Assembly: GCA_964385545.1 (NCBI GenBank)
Contig: CAYLPL010000001.1
Coordinates: 1-35,822 of the forward strand
From: an uncultured Clostridia bacterium
GTDB lineage: Bacteria > Bacillota > Sulfobacillia > SLMV01
Length of the DNA stretch: 35,822 bases
Reading direction: 5' to 3'
Position numbers and translations under genes: made by a program. The stretch's first letter is position 1; each line of letters begins with the position of its first letter. Below the pieces are notes generated by a model that worked only from the letters and a program-made list of their open reading frames with translations, did not search any database and was not told the origin of the DNA. Of the stretch, positions 17,903-24,780 are shown in pieces.

Positions 17903-18838
17903 GTGTCGCCGGTGGCTTGGGGAGAAGGCGGGGTACAGCGCGTGCGTGCCTACGCAAAGGTAAACTTGGGCCTGGATGTCCTCGGGTCTCGCGGCGACGG
18001 TTACCACCGGATAGATTCCATCTTTCAGTGCATCGATTTACACGACGACATCATGTTTTGTGACGAACCCCGCATCCCCGCCGGGAGAATCCTCCTGACG
18101 GTCGATCACCCCGATGTCCCCACCGGAGAAGACAATCTGATCTTGCGCGCCGCGCGGTCGTTCGAGGGTGTACCGGGCATGAGGATCATGTTGCGCAAGC
18201 GCATCCCCGTGGGCGGGGGTCTCGGCGGTGGCAGCTCCGATGCCGCGGCCACATTGAGCGTCATGGAGGACATCGCACCCCCTGCGGGCAAGGAGGAGAT
18301 AGCGCGCCGGGCCCTGGAACTCGGGGCCGACGTACCCTTTTTCCTGTCGGGCGGTACGGCCCGCATCAGCGGCATAGGTGAGCGCATTTTCCCCTTGCCC
18401 GATCCGGCCCCCCATTGGGTTCTCATCCTCTCTCCTCCGATCTCGTGTGATACGGCTCTAGTCTATCGGGCCTACGATTCCCTGGGACCGCCCCCCGATA
18501 AGGCGAGATCTATCCCGGGTGTATCGAAAGCTTTGGCCGAGGGTGGTCTCGAAGGTATGCTCGGCGAGGGGACTAATGATTTGCAGCGGGCCGCGTACGC
18601 AGTTTATCCGGCCCTTCGGGATTTTGCCGAATCGATGGCGGGCCGACTGGGTAGACCGATGGTCCTGTCCGGTACGGGATCGTCGTTCTTTGCCGTTTAT
18701 CGTCATTACGACAGGGTCCTTTGGGATTGGTCGCGGTTGCGCTGGGATTTGGCGGCGCGAGGGGCCAGGGCGATCCTCGCGCGTTTTCGCTTTGGAGCCG
18801 GATGGGAAGTTGTCACCCGGGAAGGTGATCGTCGATGA
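17903..18838 (+). CDS. ispE: 4-(cytidine 5'-diphospho)-2-C-methyl-D-erythritol kinase
   Basis: RAYAKVNLGLDVLGSRGDGYHRIDSIFQ is the IspE N-terminal signature. The GHMP kinase motif IPVGGGLGGGSSDAAATL is present. The start is uncertain (GTG 17903, 17912 or 17942). Confidence 0.92.
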   Translation: MSPVAWGEGGVQRVRAYAKVNLGLDVLGSRGDGYHRIDSIFQCIDLHDDIMFCDEPRIPAGRILLTVDHPDVPTGEDNLILRAARSFEGVPGMRIMLRKRIPVGGGLGGGSSDAAATLSVMEDIAPPAGKEEIARRALELGADVPFFLSGGTARISGIGERIFPLPDPAPHWVLILSPPISCDTALVYRAYDSLGPPPDKARSIPGVSKALAEGGLEGMLGEGTNDLQRAAYAVYPALRDFAESMAGRLGRPMVLSGTGSSFFAVYRHYDRVLWDWSRLRWDLAARGARAILARFRFGAGWEVVTREGDRR

Positions 18839-19596
18839 AGGATAGGGATATACGAGCGGTAATCCTCGCCGGTTCCCAAAATGATGGGGCCCTCTCGGAA
18901 GAATCCCCGGAGCGATACGAGGCATTGGTCCCCCTATGGGGACGCCCCATGGTGGATTACGTAATGGGCGCAGTAATCGAGGCCCGCCATATCGAGGGAG
19001 TCGTCTTGGTGGGATTCGAAGAGTTTTCGGATCAGTTGGACCTCGGGGAAGTCTCCCTGGTGCGAGCCGGGGAGACCTTCGTAGACAGCATAGCGCGAGG
19101 GGTTGCCGCTACCGGCGATTGCGACTATCTTTTTTTCATAACCGCCGACGTACCACTGGTCACCGGACGAATCCTGGATAATTTCATCGAGAAGTCGTTG
19201 GAACTAGGCGGAGACTTTTTCGCCCCGGTGGTTACGAGGGAGGTCAGTGAGGCTCGTTACCCCGGGATAGAGCGAACCTACGCCCGCCTGCGCGATGCCG
19301 AGCTGACCCTGGGTAATTGTTTCCTGGGGACCCGTGAGTGCATTAAGACCCTCTTGCCCGAGTTCGATCGGCTCTACTCCATGCGCAAGAGCGTGGTGCG
19401 CATGGCCTGGACCATAGGACCACTGTTTCTGTTGCGGTTGGCCCTGGGTAGAGCGACTATCGGCGACGCCGAACGGGTGTTCGGTCGTATAGCAGGTGCC
19501 CACGGACGCGCGGTGTTGAGTTCCGATCCCGAGATTGCTCTGGATGTCGATAAGCCCTCCCACCTGCACGCCCTCGCCAGAATGCGCCCCGATTGA
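18835..19596 (+). CDS. Nucleotidyltransferase-fold protein (MobA-like NTP-transferase family, divergent)
   Basis: The N-terminus IRAVILAGSQNDGAL...ALVPLWGRPMVDYVM resembles NTP_transf_3/MobA-like proteins but lacks the usual GGxSxRM loop. ATGA overlaps the ispE stop, and its 3' end overlaps the purR ORF. Confidence 0.6.
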   Translation: MKDRDIRAVILAGSQNDGALSEESPERYEALVPLWGRPMVDYVMGAVIEARHIEGVVLVGFEEFSDQLDLGEVSLVRAGETFVDSIARGVAATGDCDYLFFITADVPLVTGRILDNFIEKSLELGGDFFAPVVTREVSEARYPGIERTYARLRDAELTLGNCFLGTRECIKTLLPEFDRLYSMRKSVVRMAWTIGPLFLLRLALGRATIGDAERVFGRIAGAHGRAVLSSDPEIALDVDKPSHLHALARMRPD

Positions 19597-19670
19597 TCTC
19601 CTCATTGCAATTTACCGAGGTTTCCGAATATTCTAGAGTCGTAAGCGCAGAAATGTTCGGAGGGGTTGCG

Positions 19671-20492
19671 GTGAACTCGAGGATGTCCCGAAGCGAGCGC
19701 GTCGCATTTATGACCGCCAGGCTCGTCGCAAATCCGTCCCGACTCTTCGGGCTCGGGGATTTCGCACGGGAGCTGGGAGTTGCTCGTTCCACCGTGTCCG
19801 AAGACCTGTCGCTCATAAAGGGTGCCCTGGATGGCGGCGCGGGGCGTATCCAAACCCTACCAGGTGCCGCCGGAGGCGTCCTGTACATACCCAGCCCCTC
19901 GGCGGAACATCTCGAGATGATCCGAAACCGCCTGGTTGAAGAGCTGGAGAAAGCGGGGCGCATGCTACCCGGCGGATTCCTTTACATGACGGACTTGATC
20001 TTTTCACCCAGGTGGGCGGAGGCTTTCGGGACCTTTTTTGCCAGTTACTTCGAACCGCTCGATCCCGACGCGGTGGTAACCATCGAAACCAAGGGGATAC
20101 CGTTGGCATTGATGACCGCCAGGGTCCTGGCGAAACCCCCGGTTATCATCCGTCGCAACAGCCGCGTGACCGAGGGTAGTTCCGTCAGCATCAATTATGT
20201 CTCTGGTTCCTCCCAAAGGATCCAAACCATGTCCCTGCCGCGTCGCGCGCTCACCCCCGGAAGTCAGGTGGTGGTGGTCGACGACTTTCTTCGTGGCGGC
20301 GGTACGGTTAGCGGAGCCCGCGATTTGCTCGCGGAATTCGAAGTCGAGGTGCTCGGTACCGGCGTGATTGCCGCGACGGCCCAACCGCAGGAGAAACTCC
20401 TCGAAAGCTTCATCTCCCTCGTGGTCATACACAATTCAGATTCCCGTAACCTGCGCGTAGAATCCTCGGCTCCCGATCTCCCCGGAAACTGA
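19671..20492 (+). CDS. purR: Pur operon repressor PurR (winged-helix plus PRT domain)
   Basis: RSERVAFMTARLVANPSRLFGLGDFARELGVARSTVSEDLSLIKGAL matches the PurR N-terminal domain. The C-terminal phosphoribosyltransferase-like PRPP motif is VVVVDDFLRGGGTVSG. Preferred start is GTG 19671, 5 nt after GGAGGGG; ATG 19683 is an alternative and the longest ORF starts at 19593. Confidence 0.9.
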   Translation: MNSRMSRSERVAFMTARLVANPSRLFGLGDFARELGVARSTVSEDLSLIKGALDGGAGRIQTLPGAAGGVLYIPSPSAEHLEMIRNRLVEELEKAGRMLPGGFLYMTDLIFSPRWAEAFGTFFASYFEPLDPDAVVTIETKGIPLALMTARVLAKPPVIIRRNSRVTEGSSVSINYVSGSSQRIQTMSLPRRALTPGSQVVVVDDFLRGGGTVSGARDLLAEFEVEVLGTGVIAATAQPQEKLLESFISLVVIHNSDSRNLRVESSAPDLPGN

Positions 20493-20555
20493 GAGCAGGA
20501 TTTCCCGGTACCATATGGAAATAATTGGTAACAGGCCGGGAGGGGAGGATGCCTC

Positions 20556-20849
20556 TTGGAAATCACCGAAGTACGTCTTCGCCGGGTCGAGAGTGGTCGC
20601 GGCACCCGGGCGGTCGCATCCGTCACCTTCGATGACTCCTTCGTCATCCACGAGATAAAGTTGGTGGAGGGTAAGGAGGGCCGCAGGTACGTGGCCATGC
20701 CCAGCCGGCGTCTTGCGGGCGGCGATCACCTGGATATTGCTCATCCAGTCAACACGCCTACGCGCGAGTACATACAGCGGGAATTGTCGCGGGTATACGA
20801 GGAGGCCGTCGCCGAGGGACGTCGCGAGTATCGCACCTTCTCGCGGTGA
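20556..20849 (+). CDS. spoVG: Septation protein SpoVG
   Basis: MEITEVRLRRVESGRGTRAVASVTFDDSFVIHEIKLVEG...YVAMPSRRLAGGDHLDIAHPVNTPTRE is near-collinear with B. subtilis SpoVG. TTG start follows GGGAGGGGAGGA. Confidence 0.95.
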   Translation: MEITEVRLRRVESGRGTRAVASVTFDDSFVIHEIKLVEGKEGRRYVAMPSRRLAGGDHLDIAHPVNTPTREYIQRELSRVYEEAVAEGRREYRTFSR

Positions 20850-20923
20850 ATGCGCTCTGATTGCGAGCCGATGTTTTTGCCACCGGTCGTGCCTCGAGGG
20901 CGTCGGGATGATATCTTATATTG

Positions 20924-20963
20924 GCGGGGGCACCCGAGGTCGAATTCGACCCGGGTTCCCCGC
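20924..20963 (+). other. Strong GC-rich imperfect palindrome/stem-loop between spoVG and glmU
   Basis: The element reads GCGGGG-gca-CCCG-a-GGTCGAATTCGACC-CGGG-tt-CCCCGC. That gives about 16 bp of nested pairing around a perfect 14-nt palindrome. No U-tract follows. Confidence 0.5.
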
Positions 20964-20995
20964 ATACATAAGATGCAGAAGGGTGGTTCGCTCCA

Positions 20996-22408
20996 ATGGA
21001 AGATGTTCGGGGGTTAATCCTGGCCGCGGGGCAGGGAACACGCATGAAATCCGATCTCCTCAAAGTCCTTCATCCCGTCATGGGAGTCCCGATGATTTCC
21101 CTGGTCGTCGAAGCGCTGAAAGAAGCGGAGATATTCCATCCGGCGGTCGTCATCGGGTACCAGGGCGATCGGGTGCGCGAGACTCTCGGCAGCTCGGCCG
21201 ACTACGCCGTGCAGTCGGAACAAAAGGGTACCGGTCACGCGGTGGTCCAGGCCACCCATTTGCTCGAAGGATATCGCGATGTTCTAATACTATACGGCGA
21301 CGTACCCCTGGTTACCGGGAATCTCTTGGCCAACATCGTGCGGCGCCATAGATCCAGCGGGGCCGCCGCTACCCTGCTGACGGCTATGGTGGAGGACCCC
21401 ACCGGCCTGGGACGGGTGATTCGTGACGAGAAGGGAGACCTGGTTTCCATCGTCGAGGAGGCGGATGCGTCCCATGCTGAATCCGCCATCCGCGAGATAA
21501 ACACCGCCATCGCGTGTTTCCGGGTGGAGCACCTTTTACGTTGTCTTCCGCACCTGAGGGCGGACAACGTCCAGGGCGAGTATTATCTTCCCGACGTTTT
21601 CCCCATGCTTCTCGAGCAGAATCTCGCCGTGGAGACGGTCACCGCTCCGGATGCCCGGTCCGTGATGGGAGTCAATACCCGCGCGGGGTTGGCGGCGGCG
21701 AACTCCATCCTGCGTCGGCGCATTCTCGAAGATATAATGGAGTCGGGAGTCACCGTGGTCGATCCCGAGAGTACCTGGATCGAGTTCGGGGTGAGGGTGG
21801 GACGCGACACCGTCATCATGCCCCAAACCCTCATACGAGGTGAATCCGTCGTTGGTTCCGGTTGCGAAATCGGGCCGGGTACCCACCTGATCAACAGCGT
21901 CGTGGGTGACGAAAGCCGCGTTTGGCACTCGGTGCTCGAGGATTCTACACTCGGAACAAATGTTAGCGTCGGGCCTTACGCCCACCTGCGTCCGGGCAAT
22001 GATATCGCCGACGAAGTCAGGATAGGAAATTTCGCGGAAATCAAGAATTCGAGCCTCGGCCGGGGGACGAAAGTGTCGCATCACTCCTACATCGGGGATA
22101 CCGAGGTAGGGGAGAAAGTGAACATCGGAGCCGGGGTCATAACCGTAAACTACGACGGGTGGCAAAAACACCTGACCATCATTGACGATGGTGCTTTCGT
22201 CGGCTGTAACAGCAATCTGTTGGCTCCGGTGACCGTGGGTGAAGGAGCCTTCATTGCGGCCGGTTCTACCGTAGACTGCGACGTTCCCCCCGGGGCTTTG
22301 GGTGTAGGCAGATCGCGAATGGCAATCAAAGATGGTTGGGCAAACGAGCGCAGAGAGAGACAACGACGAAGTAGACCTTTCGAGGAGGATAACCGGGATG
22401 TCGAATGA
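20996..22408 (+). CDS. glmU: Bifunctional UDP-N-acetylglucosamine diphosphorylase / glucosamine-1-phosphate N-acetyltransferase
   Basis: LILAAGQGTRMKSDLLKVLHPV is the N-terminal uridyltransferase signature. YGDVPL is also present. The C-terminal left-handed beta-helix hexapeptide repeats run IGNFAEIKNSSLGRGTKVSHHSYIGDTEVGEKVNIGAGVITVNYDG. Confidence 0.96.
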   Translation: MEDVRGLILAAGQGTRMKSDLLKVLHPVMGVPMISLVVEALKEAEIFHPAVVIGYQGDRVRETLGSSADYAVQSEQKGTGHAVVQATHLLEGYRDVLILYGDVPLVTGNLLANIVRRHRSSGAAATLLTAMVEDPTGLGRVIRDEKGDLVSIVEEADASHAESAIREINTAIACFRVEHLLRCLPHLRADNVQGEYYLPDVFPMLLEQNLAVETVTAPDARSVMGVNTRAGLAAANSILRRRILEDIMESGVTVVDPESTWIEFGVRVGRDTVIMPQTLIRGESVVGSGCEIGPGTHLINSVVGDESRVWHSVLEDSTLGTNVSVGPYAHLRPGNDIADEVRIGNFAEIKNSSLGRGTKVSHHSYIGDTEVGEKVNIGAGVITVNYDGWQKHLTIIDDGAFVGCNSNLLAPVTVGEGAFIAAGSTVDCDVPPGALGVGRSRMAIKDGWANERRERQRRSRPFEEDNRDVE

Positions 22409-23387
22409 GCGATGTGGCGACGGTAGCTACGGTAAGTTGAAGCTTTTGGCGGGCAATGCCAATCCCGATCTGGGGCGTGCCATCGCCGATTACGTGGGTA
22501 CTCCGCTTTGTCCCATGATCGTGGAGAGTTTCAGCGATGGCGAGACCAAGGTTATGGTGGATGACAACGTTCGGGGCACCGACGCCTTTATCTTGCAGCC
22601 GACCAGTCCGCCGGTCAACGAAACCCTGATGGAACTGCTCATCATAATCGACGCCCTAAAACGCGCATCGGCACGGCGGATAACCGCCGTCATTCCCTAC
22701 TACGGATACGGTCGCCAGGATCGCAAGACCCGGGGCCGCGAGCCGATCACATCGAAGCTGGTGGCCAACCTGCTCACCACCGCCGGGGCAGACCGGGTTC
22801 TGACCATCGACCTGCACGCCGGGCAGATCCAGGGCTTTTTCGATATCCCACTGGATCATTTGTCGGGTACTCCGATCCTAAGCGATCACTTCAAGTCCCT
22901 GGATTACGAGGATCTAATAGTGGTTTCCCCCGATGCCGGGGGAGTCGCCCGGGCGCGGGACATGGCCCAACGACTCGGGGGAGTGAAGATTGCCATAGTC
23001 GACAAACAGCGTCCTTCACCGAACGTGTCCTTCGTCATGAATATAATCGGTGATGTCCGGGGTAAGGTTGCATTGATGGTCGACGAAATGATCGATACCG
23101 CGGGAACCATCTGCCGGGCCGCCGAAGCGCTAATGGAAGCGGGTGCCCGGGAAGTCCGGGCGGCGGCGACGCATCCCGTGCTCAGCGGTCCCGCGATCCA
23201 GCGACTCTCCGAGGCACCGATATCGGAACTGGTGGTCACCGATACCATACCGACCGAGGCTGAAGTATTGCCGGTGATGAAAGTGCTGTCCGTCGCCCCG
23301 CTTTTGGGCGAGACGATCCTGCGGATTCACACGGATCGTTCCGTGAGTGCTCTATTCCAAAGAGAGGCACCCCCGACGGCCCGCTGA
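22398..23387 (+). CDS. prs: Ribose-phosphate pyrophosphokinase
   Basis: KLLAGNANPDLGRAIADYVG...SFSDGETKV and the PRPP-binding loop VALMVDEMIDTAGT are present. Preferred start is ATG 22398, 8 nt after GAGGAGGA, overlapping the glmU stop by 11 nt. The longest ORF starts at 22332. Confidence 0.95.
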   Translation: MSNERCGDGSYGKLKLLAGNANPDLGRAIADYVGTPLCPMIVESFSDGETKVMVDDNVRGTDAFILQPTSPPVNETLMELLIIIDALKRASARRITAVIPYYGYGRQDRKTRGREPITSKLVANLLTTAGADRVLTIDLHAGQIQGFFDIPLDHLSGTPILSDHFKSLDYEDLIVVSPDAGGVARARDMAQRLGGVKIAIVDKQRPSPNVSFVMNIIGDVRGKVALMVDEMIDTAGTICRAAEALMEAGAREVRAAATHPVLSGPAIQRLSEAPISELVVTDTIPTEAEVLPVMKVLSVAPLLGETILRIHTDRSVSALFQREAPPTAR

Positions 23388-23396
23388 TGGCCCGAT

Positions 23397-23425
23397 TTGA
23401 CAGGCTTCGTTGCTGAGGTTACCAT
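23397..23425 (+). promoter_or_regulatory. Candidate promoter upstream of ctc/rplY
   Basis: TTGACA (23397-23402), a 17-nt spacer, then TACCAT (23420-23425), in the 75-nt prs-ctc gap. Confidence 0.35.
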
Positions 23426-23462
23426 AGGCTTCGGACTATACTCTAAGGAGGCAGGTTGTAAA

Positions 23463-24131
23463 ATGGCCGAGTCAACACTTAAAGCCAGCGTGCGCGAACC
23501 GGGCAGTCCCCGGCAGCTGCGCCGTGAAGGGTACATTCCGATGGTGCTATACGGCCGTGACGTACCCAACCTGCACCTCAAGGTGGATAAACCGAGCCTG
23601 ACGGCTTTTATGGCGGCAGGCGGCCATCGTGGTCTTCTCGATCTGGAGATCGAAGGGGCGGATGTGCCCGGGGACAAAGAGCGCAAAGTAATGATTCGCG
23701 AAATTCAGCGCGAACCCCTGGGACACGGCGTTCTTCACATGGATCTGTACCAGGTGGATATGAGCGAGAAGATTACGACCGAAGCCTGGGTGCGGATTCA
23801 CGGCGAGGACGTTATCGATTTGGGTGAAGGTATTTTGCAGATGGGTCTTCGTACCCTTTCGGTCGAGTGTCTGCCGAGCGACATTCCCGAGTACATCGAC
23901 GTCGATGTGAGTAAACTGGAGATCGGGGATACGATAACTGTCGGAGAACTCACACCTCCGGCCGGCGTCGAGTTCATGAACGATCCGGACGAAGTCGTAG
24001 CCGGAATCGTCGTCGCCACCGAAGAGCCCGAAGAAGAGGAAGAGGAACTCGAAGAAGAACTCCTCGATCTCGAAGAGGGCGAAGAGCTCGAAGACGAAGA
24101 AGAGGAAGAAGACGAAGAAGAGGACGCTTGA
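23463..24131 (+). CDS. rplY: 50S ribosomal protein L25 / general stress protein Ctc, with a poly-acidic C-terminal tail
   Basis: LKASVREPGSPRQLRREGYIPMVLYG is the L25 N-terminal signature, and the two-domain Ctc-type length is present. ATG 23463 follows AAGGAGG. The last ~36 aa are almost entirely E/D. Confidence 0.9.
   Translation: MAESTLKASVREPGSPRQLRREGYIPMVLYGRDVPNLHLKVDKPSLTAFMAAGGHRGLLDLEIEGADVPGDKERKVMIREIQREPLGHGVLHMDLYQVDMSEKITTEAWVRIHGEDVIDLGEGILQMGLRTLSVECLPSDIPEYIDVDVSKLEIGDTITVGELTPPAGVEFMNDPDEVVAGIVVATEEPEEEEEELEEELLDLEEGEELEDEEEEEDEEEDA
24021..24128 (+). repeat. GAA/GAG-rich low-complexity tract encoding the L25 acidic tail
   Basis: The DNA reads gaagagcccgaagaagaggaagaggaactcgaagaagaa...gaagaagaggaagaagacgaagaagaggac. 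It encodes EEPEEEEEELEEELLDLEEGEELEDEEEEEDEEED. Confidence 0.8.
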
Positions 24132-24145
24132 TCGGAGGAATCCCG

Positions 24146-24739
24146 TTGCCGATCCGACTTCTGATCGGCCTGGGCAATCCCGGCGAGCGCTATCGCCAAA
24201 CCCGGCACAATGCCGGGTTTGTGGTTCTCGAGCGCCTAGACGAGTTCCGCCGTACCCGCTGGAGATCTGGTTGCGGCGGGCGCTGGTCCGAGGCCGAGAT
24301 ACGAGGATGCCCGGTTTTGCTCTTCGAACCTCAAAGCTATATGAATCTCAGCGGGGAACCCGTGGCCCGTATGCTGGGGCGCGGGTATACGCCCGGTGAG
24401 ATTCTAGTCATCTGCGATGACATGGATCTGCCGCTCGGGCGCGTGCGCTTGAGGCCCGGCGGCGGATCCGGTGGACACCGCGGACTGGCTTCGATCGCCC
24501 GGGAACTCGGGACCAACGAGTTCCCCCGGCTTCGCGTCGGTATCGGCAGACCGGGCGAGAATGTCGACGCCAGGGATTACGTACTTCAGTCCTTTGGGGC
24601 GGAGGAGCGAGATCTGGCGGATCTGACGCTAGACTTGGCGGTCCGTGCGGTGATTTGCGCCGTCGCATCGGGCATCGAAGAGGCCATGAACGCGTTCAAC
24701 GGAGTTACCGTCCGGCCCGAAGGAGCGGAAGATGAGTGA
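24146..24739 (+). CDS. pth: Peptidyl-tRNA hydrolase
   Basis: LLIGLGNPGERYRQTRHNAGF, YMNLSGE, the DDMDLPLGRVRLR...GGSGGHRGL context and RLRVGIGRP are canonical Pth motifs. Preferred start is TTG 24146, 7 nt after GGAGG; the longest ORF starts at TTG 24128. Confidence 0.93.
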   Translation: MPIRLLIGLGNPGERYRQTRHNAGFVVLERLDEFRRTRWRSGCGGRWSEAEIRGCPVLLFEPQSYMNLSGEPVARMLGRGYTPGEILVICDDMDLPLGRVRLRPGGGSGGHRGLASIARELGTNEFPRLRVGIGRPGENVDARDYVLQSFGAEERDLADLTLDLAVRAVICAVASGIEEAMNAFNGVTVRPEGAEDE

Positions 24740-24780
24740 CTGGCGAATCCTTCGCCGCAGATTCCCACGGGAGATGAGAC

